Assembly (NCBI GenBank): GCA_017516825.1
Contig: JAFXBC010000011.1
Span: 1,513 to 65,512 of the forward strand
Source: Clostridia bacterium
Lineage (GTDB): Bacteria > Bacillota > Clostridia > Oscillospirales > CAG-382
Direction: 5' to 3'
Length of the DNA: 64,000 bases
Shown here: one piece after another, positions 46,160 through 54,006 of the stretch
Numbering within the stretch: the first letter of the stretch is position 1
How the letters are laid out: each line of letters starts with the position of its first letter
Translations under genes and position numbers: made by a program
Notes under the pieces: model-generated
Databases searched by the model: none
What the model saw: the letters and a program-made list of their open reading frames with translations, nothing else
What the model was told of the DNA's origin: nothing

Positions 46160-46171
46160 TCCTCTCTCTGC

Positions 46172-46201
46172 CCGCCCTCCTCGGAGGGCGGATATTTTTT
46201 T
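46172..46201 (+). terminator. intrinsic terminator
   Basis: CCGCCCTCC-TC-GGAGGGCGG, then ATATTTTTTT. Confidence 0.75.
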
Positions 46202-46231
46202 GCGTGAGAAGAACTTTTGTTCGATTCTCTA

Positions 46232-46260
46232 TTGCAATCGTGAAAAAAGTATGATATAAT
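46232..46260 (+). promoter_or_regulatory. sigma-A-type promoter TTGCAA-N17-TATAAT
   Basis: TTGCAA 46232-46237, TATAAT 46255-46260, upstream of the glycosylase-like operon. Confidence 0.6.
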
Positions 46261-46286
46261 CAGTTTCACAAGGAGGGGAGACGTCC

Positions 46287-47339
46287 ATGACCTTGGAAGA
46301 ACTGAAGATCCGCCAAATGACCAACCAATATCTGATCCGAAAGGGCACAAAGGAAACCGTGGTTCGTGACCTTTGCGGGGTGCAAGCCCAATTTTTGGGG
46401 AACGCCATCCACTCTCTGAAGATCCGTTGCCATGATTTTGAAGAATCCACGGTAAAAGACGGCCTGGCGAAAAACTGGACGTTGCGCGGTACCGTCCACG
46501 TTTTCTCGGAGAAGGATCTACCCCTGTTCATCCGTTTTGGCAACGGGGCGGACTACCGCAGAAATCAATGGAACGGCTACACCTTCTGGAATCAGCGGGA
46601 CAAATGGGCACTTTCCCCGGAGCGTCAGGCTTACCTTTCCGGTGTGATCCTGGAGGCTTTGGGAAACGGCTCAAAGACCCGTGAAGAGCTGAAGGAGATC
46701 TGTCGGGAAAAGGGCATGACCTACCCGGAGGAGACCTGTATGTTTGAGCCCTGGGGCGGCGGGATCTGCGAGCTTTGCAAGCGGGGCTTTATGCAGTACG
46801 TGGTGCAGGAAAAGAAGGCTTACTGCCTGTCGCCTGCCTTCACCCCCATGGAAGACGAGGAAGCACAGCTTGAGATCGCAAGGCGGTATTTCACTCACAT
46901 CGCCCCTGCCACCATCCACGACGCCATGTATTTCCTGGGGGCAAAGCAGGTGGAGGTGAAAAGGTGGCTCTCCCTGCTGTCTGTGGAAAGCACCACCCTG
47001 GAGGGCAAGACCTATTTCTACATTGAAAACGGAAAATCCTACGACGAAGCTATCCCCAAGTGCGTCTTCCTTGCAGGATTCGACCAATTGATGTTGGGTT
47101 ATCAGAAAAAAGAAAGCCTGTATCTGCCGCAGGAGCATCTCCGCGGGATCTTCAACTTGGCGGGGATCGTGATGCCTGCCCTCCTTTTGGACGGCCGCGT
47201 GGCGGGGAAGTGGAAAAAGAAAAACACCAAGCTCACCGTCACCTTGTTTGAGCAGGTGAGGGCGGAGGACAGAAAAGCCATCGTCTCCCACGGGGAAGCC
47301 CTTTGGAGCGACCTGAAGAAGATCGAGTTTGAGGAGTAA
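46287..47339 (+). CDS. winged-helix DNA glycosylase-like protein (HTH_42 / DUF1006; AlkZ/YcaQ family)
   Basis: N-terminal LIRKG...VRDLCGVQAQFLGNAIHSL. C-terminal FLAGFDQLMLGYQKKE...PALLLDGRVAGKWKKK..LTVTLFE matches the family pattern I recall. Confidence 0.7.
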   Translation: MTLEELKIRQMTNQYLIRKGTKETVVRDLCGVQAQFLGNAIHSLKIRCHDFEESTVKDGLAKNWTLRGTVHVFSEKDLPLFIRFGNGADYRRNQWNGYTFWNQRDKWALSPERQAYLSGVILEALGNGSKTREELKEICREKGMTYPEETCMFEPWGGGICELCKRGFMQYVVQEKKAYCLSPAFTPMEDEEAQLEIARRYFTHIAPATIHDAMYFLGAKQVEVKRWLSLLSVESTTLEGKTYFYIENGKSYDEAIPKCVFLAGFDQLMLGYQKKESLYLPQEHLRGIFNLAGIVMPALLLDGRVAGKWKKKNTKLTVTLFEQVRAEDRKAIVSHGEALWSDLKKIEFEE

Positions 47340-47343
47340 AATC

Positions 47344-47730
47344 ATGCTGACCCTGAAAAACAAAAACCTTTGTTATTCCTACGTGATGGGGATGAAGGAC
47401 GAGATCTTTTCCCTGAAGGAGCAGGGCTTTACCGTCTGCCGGGACGGGGAGAACTACACCGTGACCTTCCCGAAGGAACTGGCCTCCCTGTGGGAAATGT
47501 TCGTTTCTTCTCATTTGCCCCGGGACTATTGGAACGAGTATCTTGCCGACGGCCGTGTGGTGTTCCTTTTCTCCTTGGAAGCGGGGATCAAACGCGTTGT
47601 AGTGGAAGCCGACTCCCACCCGGAGGTGCTTTCCCTTTGCGAAGCGCTTTGCGGGTGTGAGTTCCCGTCCTTGCAAGAAATGCTCTTGGGAAATTGGTTT
47701 TATAGGCAAGCGATAGGAGGAACCCCATGA
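47344..47730 (+). CDS. hypothetical protein (128 aa)
   Basis: ATG is 5 nt after the upstream stop, and the gene overlaps the next by 4 nt. No motif recognised. Confidence 0.45.
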   Translation: MLTLKNKNLCYSYVMGMKDEIFSLKEQGFTVCRDGENYTVTFPKELASLWEMFVSSHLPRDYWNEYLADGRVVFLFSLEAGIKRVVVEADSHPEVLSLCEALCGCEFPSLQEMLLGNWFYRQAIGGTP

Positions 47731-48446
47731 CGAAAACCGAGATCTGCCAACCGATCTACGATACGTATCATGCAATAAACGCCGCCCTGCAGGGGGATGA
47801 CCTTGGGTTGATCAAAAAGCTGGCCTTGGAGCTTCACGCCATGACCCATCCGAGGGAGGTTTCCGGGAGCGATATTCCCACCATTGCCGACACCGTTTTT
47901 GACTATATGCGTTGCGGCCACCGGAATCTTTTGGTTCCCCGGGAGGATTACGAAACGGATCTCCACTATGCGGGGACGAAGACCGTCCCTCTGTGCTGGT
48001 ACTTCTGGCATACCTACCGCATCGAAGACCTGGTGAGCAATCTTCTCATGTGCAACCAAAACCAGATCTTCGACAGCACGTGGCAAAAGGCGATAAACGC
48101 CCCCATCACCGACACGGGCAACGCCTTGAACGAGGAGGAAGCCATTGCCTTGGGCAAGGCGTTGGATCTCAACGCGCTGTACGAATACATGATCGAGGTG
48201 GGGAGGAACACCCGCAGGGTGATCGAAGGCTTGTCCCTTGAGGAGATCCGTTCCATGGTTCCCGAGGAATGGGTGATGCGTATTCTGGAGGAAGGGGGCG
48301 TCACCACAGACTTCCGATCTGTGTGGCTGTTGGTCTTCTGGGGCAGACTCACCCGCGGCGGCATGATCCTGACCCCGCTGACCTCCCACCATATGATGCA
48401 CCTCCCCGCGTGCTTGGAAAAAATATTGAACGAACGATTTATATAG
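47727..48446 (+). CDS. DinB-like helical-bundle protein (tentative)
   Basis: Spaced His residues (HAMTH, WHTYRIEDL, SHHMMH) are reminiscent of the DinB_2 metal triad. Confidence 0.45.
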   Translation: MTKTEICQPIYDTYHAINAALQGDDLGLIKKLALELHAMTHPREVSGSDIPTIADTVFDYMRCGHRNLLVPREDYETDLHYAGTKTVPLCWYFWHTYRIEDLVSNLLMCNQNQIFDSTWQKAINAPITDTGNALNEEEAIALGKALDLNALYEYMIEVGRNTRRVIEGLSLEEIRSMVPEEWVMRILEEGGVTTDFRSVWLLVFWGRLTRGGMILTPLTSHHMMHLPACLEKILNERFI

Positions 48447-48469
48447 ATTGGAAAAAAGGAGAAAGAATT

Positions 48470-49390
48470 ATGAAAACTACGTTTGAAAAAGCAAGAGAAT
48501 TTATTTACCGCAATGCAAGACCGCTGGATCTTGCCCGTTTTCAGTATCATTTTGAAAACGGTAGCAAAGCAGCGGTGATGAACGCCTTGTCATATTATCA
48601 AAACGAAGACGGCGGATTTGGTCACGCAGTGGAAGCGGATTGCTGGAACCCGAATTCGATACCTTTGCACTCCGGCTCGGCAGGTGATATTATTGCCCGG
48701 GAAATCGATTTCGAAGATAGCAAGCATCCCGTTGTCCAAGGTCTTTTGAAATGGTATGCAAGCGGCGCTTATTTTGACGGAAAAAAGTGGGCAATTACCG
48801 CAGAAAGTAATAACGATTATCCACATGCACCGTGGTGGCATACAGATAGCGTTAGTTCTTGTCATACGGATTATAACGGAACTGCTCAAATCGCAGGTTT
48901 TATCGTTCGCTATGCCGACAGGGAAAGCGATCTGTTCCGGCTCGGCGTTCGTATCGCCAACGAAGCCATTGAGGCTCTTTCCCCCGACGAGATCAGAGAT
49001 ATGCATACCTGCACCTGCTATATGAGAATGGCAGATCTTTTTGAAAAAGCGGGTGCAACGGACTGTATCGCGTTCGACGAGTTGAAGGAAAAGCTTCATA
49101 AGTCTATCCATAAACTCATCGTTACCGACACCTCGCAATGGAACGGTTACGTTTGTCAACCATCCTGCTTTATCAATTCCAATAAGAGCGAGTATTATCC
49201 CGAGAACAAAGAGATCGCTGATTATGAGTGCGAATATATCATGAAGACGCAGTTCGATGACGGATCCTGGAATATCGGTTGGAATTGGGGCGGCAACTAT
49301 CCCGACGAATGGGCAATCAGTAAGAACTGGTGGAAATCCCAATGGATCATTCAGAATCTGCTGTATTTGAAAGGCTTCGGAAAGATATAA
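48470..49390 (+). CDS. prenyltransferase/squalene-oxidase-repeat (alpha/alpha toroid) protein
   Basis: YYQNEDGGFGH and QFDDGSWNIGW QW-type repeats. AGGAG RBS. AT-richer than the flanks; the track ORF is 5'-extended. Confidence 0.6.
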   Translation: MKTTFEKAREFIYRNARPLDLARFQYHFENGSKAAVMNALSYYQNEDGGFGHAVEADCWNPNSIPLHSGSAGDIIAREIDFEDSKHPVVQGLLKWYASGAYFDGKKWAITAESNNDYPHAPWWHTDSVSSCHTDYNGTAQIAGFIVRYADRESDLFRLGVRIANEAIEALSPDEIRDMHTCTCYMRMADLFEKAGATDCIAFDELKEKLHKSIHKLIVTDTSQWNGYVCQPSCFINSNKSEYYPENKEIADYECEYIMKTQFDDGSWNIGWNWGGNYPDEWAISKNWWKSQWIIQNLLYLKGFGKI

Positions 49391-49406
49391 TAAGGAGAAC
49401 TTATAT

Positions 49407-49772
49407 ATGATTAAGCGTCTGCCCACCCATTGCGGCGATGAAACCTGCCCTTCTTGCGTTGTTGCGGGAGATTATATCTTTCTTGCCCACCATGCGGGCG
49501 GGTTTGAAAAGAAGGATATTGCATATCAAACGAGAGTTGCTTTTGAAGCCATGAAAAATACCCTTGCGTCCGTTGGCGCGACGCCGGATGATATGGTGCA
49601 ACTGAATTATTACATCAAAAATACCGAGGATTTCCGTGCGGGACGTGATGTTTTCACCGAGTTCTTTCCCAACGGTGCGCCTGCCAGAATGACTGTGGTG
49701 ACTCAATTCCTTGACGATAACTGCCTCTGTCAAATCGACGGTATTGCGTACAAACCGAACAGGGAGAGATAA
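49407..49772 (+). CDS. RidA/YjgF family protein
   Basis: 121 aa; ...FLAHHAG...QTRVAFEAMKNTLASVGATPDDMVQLNYYIKN...FPNGAPARMTV pattern. Confidence 0.75.
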   Translation: MIKRLPTHCGDETCPSCVVAGDYIFLAHHAGGFEKKDIAYQTRVAFEAMKNTLASVGATPDDMVQLNYYIKNTEDFRAGRDVFTEFFPNGAPARMTVVTQFLDDNCLCQIDGIAYKPNRER

Positions 49773-49992
49773 CCAACGGACGGTAGAATCAATAAGATTA
49801 TTGGCGCAAATAGGGATATCGATTTTTCCAATCCGTCTTTTGGAAATTCAATGTGTCCTTGGAATATTGCGGAGAACACCATGGAGAAGTTTGAAAAAGG
49901 GATCCTTTTTCAAACATGATTTTGTGGCATCGCCTACAAAATCATTAGCAACCGCCCGTAAGAAGCGGGCTGCGAAAGGAATGGTCATAACT

Positions 49993-50325
49993 ATGAAAAA
50001 ATGGGTTACGGAAGATTGGCAGTTTGAGCTGACCGCCGTGGAAGGCAGTGCAGGGAATTGCAGGCTGGGCTTGGAAAAAGGGGATCGTTTCATTTTCTCT
50101 TATGAATGTCCCGCGGGGATCTGCCCCAGAGTGATGAACGAATTGTTTACCTGGTGCGAGGTCGTTCGTTGCGGTGGAGATTTTACCCATCGGGGGAGCA
50201 AGGAAAAGTACGAAATGGAGCTTCGATGCCCCTGCGGAAGCATCCTGTTCCGCCTCAAAGCCCTGCCCATCAATCGGGACGAAAACGGAGATCCTCTCCC
50301 CAACGGTGCGAGACCGCGGGATTAA
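49993..50325 (+). CDS. small Cys-rich protein (TIGR04076-like, from memory)
   Basis: MKKWVTEDWQFELT...NCRLGLEKGDRFIFSYECPAGICPRVM...CPCGS. The upstream part of the track ORF is not credible. Confidence 0.5.
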   Translation: MKKWVTEDWQFELTAVEGSAGNCRLGLEKGDRFIFSYECPAGICPRVMNELFTWCEVVRCGGDFTHRGSKEKYEMELRCPCGSILFRLKALPINRDENGDPLPNGARPRD

Positions 50326-50350
50326 ACGACGGTAGAGTGTATATAAAGAC

Positions 50351-50395
50351 GGCACGGGCACCATGAATCCTGTGGTGCCCGTGTCTCGGTTTTCA
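50351..50395. terminator. bidirectional terminator between convergent genes
   Basis: 11-bp stem CACGGGCACCA / TGGTGCCCGTG with a 9-nt loop, A-rich 5' and T-rich 3'. Confidence 0.7.
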
Positions 50396-51445
50396 GTTTT
50401 TGTTCAACAGCGCGGCGAAGGCTTCGGAATCTTTCAGAGAATGGAACGCTTTGTTGCTTGCCACGCTTGCCTTTAAGCGGCCGACCAATTCTTGGTAGGG
50501 GTGGACTGCCGGCCCGGACTGACAGACTCGGTATCCGAAGGTCTCGCATCTGCGCAGAAGCGAGGACGAAGGCGTGCCGTACGGGATGCTGTCATGCTTT
50601 TCTGCCAGTGCAAACGCTTTTTCCAAATGCGCCACCGCCGCCTCCTGCCGTGCATTTTCGGTGCAAAGCTCCGCCATGCGGCAATGAAGCTCTGCTTGCA
50701 TTTTCAGAGAGGCGGTATCGTCGCCGCTCTCGAACAGAACCTCCAAGAGCGACACGCATTTTTCCAAAAGCTGAAGCTGTTGCTCAAAAGAATAATACGG
50801 CAGTATTTTCTCAATGCTGCGGTGAAAATCTTCTCCGTATTTTGCCACGATATTCAAAAGAACGTGGTGAACCAACGCCTCCCCCTCCAACAGGTCTCTC
50901 AAAACCTCTCTGCGGGATTGCCCGGGCAAGGGGAGCGTTCGGGCCAATTGAAGCGCCTTTTCGCTGTCTCCTGCGGATGCATAAGCATAGCACAAATCTG
51001 CCCGTACCCGGTTCAGAATGGCGGGGTCCTTGCAGTTCAGCAACAGATATTCTCCCAGCTCAATACTCCGACGAGGCGCAATGCGGCAGCCGCCGTAAAC
51101 GATCCACGCCATCAAGCGGTGATTGTTGGGGAATTTCTTCAGCCCGCTTTCCGCCTCTGCCAATAAGGCGGGGTAGTCTCTTTTTGCGTCCAACAGCCGC
51201 AATGTTTCGATGAGCTCCTCCGCCGCCTTTTCTTCTTCCCATCGGTTGGCGCCGATCAATTCGTCCACCGTGATATGGAAGAAGCTTGCGATGGCGGGCA
51301 ACAGCTCCAAATCGGGATACGTTTCGCCACGTTCCCACTTGCTGACGGCTTGAAAGCTGACACCAAGGCGGTCTGCTAAGCATTCTTGGGATAATTTCAA
51401 ATTTCGTCTGTGTTCGCGGATATTCTCTGCGATCGTAAGTTTCAT
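50393..51445 (-). CDS. XRE-family HTH regulator with TPR-like helical C-terminal domain
   Basis: IREHRRNLKLSQECLADRLGVSFQAVSKWERGETYPDLELLPAIASFFHITVDELIG. Confidence 0.85.
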   Translation of the reverse strand: MKLTIAENIREHRRNLKLSQECLADRLGVSFQAVSKWERGETYPDLELLPAIASFFHITVDELIGANRWEEEKAAEELIETLRLLDAKRDYPALLAEAESGLKKFPNNHRLMAWIVYGGCRIAPRRSIELGEYLLLNCKDPAILNRVRADLCYAYASAGDSEKALQLARTLPLPGQSRREVLRDLLEGEALVHHVLLNIVAKYGEDFHRSIEKILPYYSFEQQLQLLEKCVSLLEVLFESGDDTASLKMQAELHCRMAELCTENARQEAAVAHLEKAFALAEKHDSIPYGTPSSSLLRRCETFGYRVCQSGPAVHPYQELVGRLKASVASNKAFHSLKDSEAFAALLNKN

Positions 51446-51583
51446 ACCGTTCTCCTTGTGAGGATTGATTCAGCGGTACCTGCTGTGTATACATTCTAAC
51501 ACACCGTACTGTCATTGGTCAATAACCCTTTTTTTGAAGCGTATTCAACCATTGATAGAATGTTTCCACCGGAGGATTGCTTC

Positions 51584-52450
51584 ATGCACTTCGTCAATGC
51601 AAAAGGGATCTTATCCCAACACAACGGAATGAATATTTACCGCGGGTGTACCCACGGATGCATTTACTGCGACAGCCGTTCTGCCTGTTATCAAATGCCC
51701 CACGATTTTGAGGATATCGAGGTGAAGCAAAACGCTCCCGAACTGTTGGAGCAAGCCCTGCGGCGGAAGCGGAACAAATGCATGATCGGTACGGGGGCTA
51801 TGTGCGACCCGTATATGCATTGCGAGGCGGAGCTGATGCTCACCCGCCGTTGCCTGGAGATCATCGACCGCTACCACTTCGGGGTGGCGTTGCAGACGAA
51901 ATCCGATCTGGTACTGCGGGATCTGGATCTCCTCAAAAGCATTCACGCCCATTCCAAGGCCGTGGTGCAAATGACCCTGACCACTTACGACGAAGCGCTT
52001 TGCCGCATCGTGGAGCCGAACGTCTGCACCACCAAACGGCGGTACGAGGTCTTGAAGCGCCTTCAAAAGGAGGGCATCCCCACGGTGGTTTGGCTCACTC
52101 CGCTTCTGCCCTACATCAACGACACCCCGGAGAACGTGCGGGGGATCCTGAGCTACTGTTTTGACGCAGGGGTGAAGGGGATCCTTACCTTCGGCGAGGG
52201 CGGTATGACCCTGCGGGAAGGGGATCGGGAATACTACTATGCCGCTTTGGATCGGCATTTCCCGGGGTTGAAGCAGAGGTATATCCGGCGATACGGGATG
52301 GAGTACCAACTCCCTTCGGACAGGGGCAGATATCTGATGCACATCGTCCGCGAGGAATGCAAAGCCCACGGCGTCATGTGCGACCAAAACGAGATCTTCG
52401 GATATCTGTTTGCGTATCCAAAGAAATACGAGCAATTGAGCTTGTTTTAA
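51584..52450 (+). CDS. radical SAM protein (SPL / Rv2578c-like 'DNA repair photolyase' family)
   Basis: CTHGCIYCDS CxxxCxxC motif near the N-terminus. GGAGG RBS before ATG 51584. Confidence 0.75.
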   Translation: MHFVNAKGILSQHNGMNIYRGCTHGCIYCDSRSACYQMPHDFEDIEVKQNAPELLEQALRRKRNKCMIGTGAMCDPYMHCEAELMLTRRCLEIIDRYHFGVALQTKSDLVLRDLDLLKSIHAHSKAVVQMTLTTYDEALCRIVEPNVCTTKRRYEVLKRLQKEGIPTVVWLTPLLPYINDTPENVRGILSYCFDAGVKGILTFGEGGMTLREGDREYYYAALDRHFPGLKQRYIRRYGMEYQLPSDRGRYLMHIVREECKAHGVMCDQNEIFGYLFAYPKKYEQLSLF

Positions 52451-52453
52451 AGA

Positions 52454-52474
52454 AGCCGAGGTCGCCCCTCGGCT
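52454..52474 (+). repeat. terminator hairpin, copy 1 (AGCCGAGGTCgCCCCTCGGCT)
   Basis: 20/21 identical to 53920-53940. Follows the radical SAM stop codon. Confidence 0.8.
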
Positions 52475-52558
52475 GTTTGTTTGAAAAGCTTTGTCCATTT
52501 TTCGTGTTTTCATTCGTATTATTTACAGAAGCAGATCTTTAGGAAAAGAGGTGCAAAC

Positions 52559-53086
52559 GTGAACCGTTTGACGTGTGAAATTCATTGCAATCGAGCCTTG
52601 TGCAAAATATCGGAAGGCGATCTGTCTGCTCTTACCGTGGTATACGATTGTATGGCGCGTCGGATGTTTGCGTTGGCGCTTTCTATCTTAAAGAACTATG
52701 CCGACGCAGAAGATGCCACGCAGGACGCCTTTTTGAAGGTGATCCAAAGCATTGGCACTTATCGCAAGGACGGGAACGCTGTGGCGTGGCTGTTGTCCAT
52801 CACCCGAAACGCCGCCATTGATCTGATGCGGAAGCGAAAGGATTCGATTTCCGTGGAGACGTTTTTCGGGGATGCGGAGCCCTCCGAGCGCAAGGATCCG
52901 GTAGAGCGGCTGGCCTTGGAGGAGGCGTTCATGTCTCTGGAGCGGGAGGATCGGGAGATCTTAACATTGAAGATCTACGGCGGGCTGAAGTTCCGGGAGA
53001 TCAGCGATCAAATGGGACTTCCGCTGACCACTGTACAGAAGCGGTACCAACGGGCCTTGCAAAAACTGAAAACACAATTGAGGTGA
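52559..53086 (+). CDS. ECF-type sigma-70 family sigma factor
   Basis: Region 2 is DAEDATQDAFLKVIQ...WLLSITRNAAIDLMRK; region 4 is FREISDQMGLPLTTVQKRYQRALQKL. GTG 52559 start is tentative. Confidence 0.8.
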   Translation: MNRLTCEIHCNRALCKISEGDLSALTVVYDCMARRMFALALSILKNYADAEDATQDAFLKVIQSIGTYRKDGNAVAWLLSITRNAAIDLMRKRKDSISVETFFGDAEPSERKDPVERLALEEAFMSLEREDREILTLKIYGGLKFREISDQMGLPLTTVQKRYQRALQKLKTQLR

Positions 53087-53090
53087 TTTG

Positions 53091-53912
53091 ATGAAACCGA
53101 AAAAGCAAGTGAAAACCTATTTTGACACCTTGAAGATCCCTTCCGCAAGCAAGCTCCTCCCTGCAGAGGCACAGCAGGCCGCCGCAAGGCAAGAAATCCG
53201 CCCCTGCCAAAGACAGTGGGGGAGGGTGGCCGCGGTAAGTCTCTGCTTGTGCGTCGTGACGATCGGCCTTTTCGTAGGACTTGGCCGTCCCTCCGTTCCG
53301 CCCCCCGTAGTGACTCCCTCGGAGGACGTTTCTCCAAATGAGCTTTCTTCTTTGCCTGCCGAGAGTGAAACACCCTCTGCGGAAACTTCTGCCTCCACGG
53401 AACCTCCCGAAGAATCGGAAAACTCCGCCGACAGCCCCGTGGAGCCTCCCGAAACCATAAAGATTATCGGCAGTACCGTACCGGGAGAATTCGCGGGAGA
53501 TATGTATCGCCCCGACGGGTATCACGAGAAGATCGGATCTGCCCTTGCCATCATGCTTTCTATGAACGCGGAATCGGAAACCAGATTCAACGTTCTCGTT
53601 ACAACAAACGATCTGATCGATCTGAAAGCCTTCCTTTTGGAGACTTTAGAAATGGAGGAGGCCGTTTCCGTGGAGCTCAACGGCAGCTTTGTCGCCGAAT
53701 CCTGCTACGTCCGCGCAACGGAAGCACAGATTCAAGAGCTGACACGTTTCGGCTTGCGGTGCTCCTATATCGGCAGCGGCTTGGGATCCCACCTGGATGT
53801 GGATTGGGAGACGGAGGAGGGTAAGAGAGCGTATTGTGAGCTGTTTGGAGATCTGTACACCTTTAGCAAACAGGGGATCTCCTACGATCCCGATATAGGC
53901 ACAGCAGAATAA
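53091..53912 (+). CDS. putative anti-sigma factor (single-pass membrane protein, no zinc-binding motif)
   Basis: Starts 4 nt after the sigma stop. Short cytoplasmic N-terminus, TM VAAVSLCLCVVTIGLFVGL, P/S/E linker, ~170-aa extracytoplasmic domain. Confidence 0.55.
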   Translation: MKPKKQVKTYFDTLKIPSASKLLPAEAQQAAARQEIRPCQRQWGRVAAVSLCLCVVTIGLFVGLGRPSVPPPVVTPSEDVSPNELSSLPAESETPSAETSASTEPPEESENSADSPVEPPETIKIIGSTVPGEFAGDMYRPDGYHEKIGSALAIMLSMNAESETRFNVLVTTNDLIDLKAFLLETLEMEEAVSVELNGSFVAESCYVRATEAQIQELTRFGLRCSYIGSGLGSHLDVDWETEEGKRAYCELFGDLYTFSKQGISYDPDIGTAE

Positions 53913-53919
53913 ATCCAAG

Positions 53920-53940
53920 AGCCGAGGTCACCCCTCGGCT
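53920..53940 (+). repeat. terminator hairpin, copy 2 (AGCCGAGGTCaCCCCTCGGCT + T5)
   Basis: 20/21 identical to 52454-52474. Confidence 0.8.
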
Positions 53941-53947
53941 TTTTTCA

Positions 53948-53976
53948 TTGACAAATTCATTTTAATGTGTTAAACT
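53948..53976 (+). promoter_or_regulatory. sigma-A-type promoter TTGACA-N17-(TGt)TAAACT
   Basis: TTGACA 53948-53953, TAAACT 53971-53976. The 16-nt block TAAACTGAAAAAAACG is identical to 8005-8020. Confidence 0.5.
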
Positions 53977-54006
53977 GAAAAAAACGAATACAGGAAGGAA
54001 TCATTT

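Noticed and set aside
49775-50340. Shared ACGGACGGTAGAAT / ACGACGGTAGAGT strings just after the stop codons of the RidA gene and the Cys-rich gene, as possible cassette boundaries.
   Set aside because: Only ~9 contiguous identical bases. This is too short to separate from chance without genome-wide counts.
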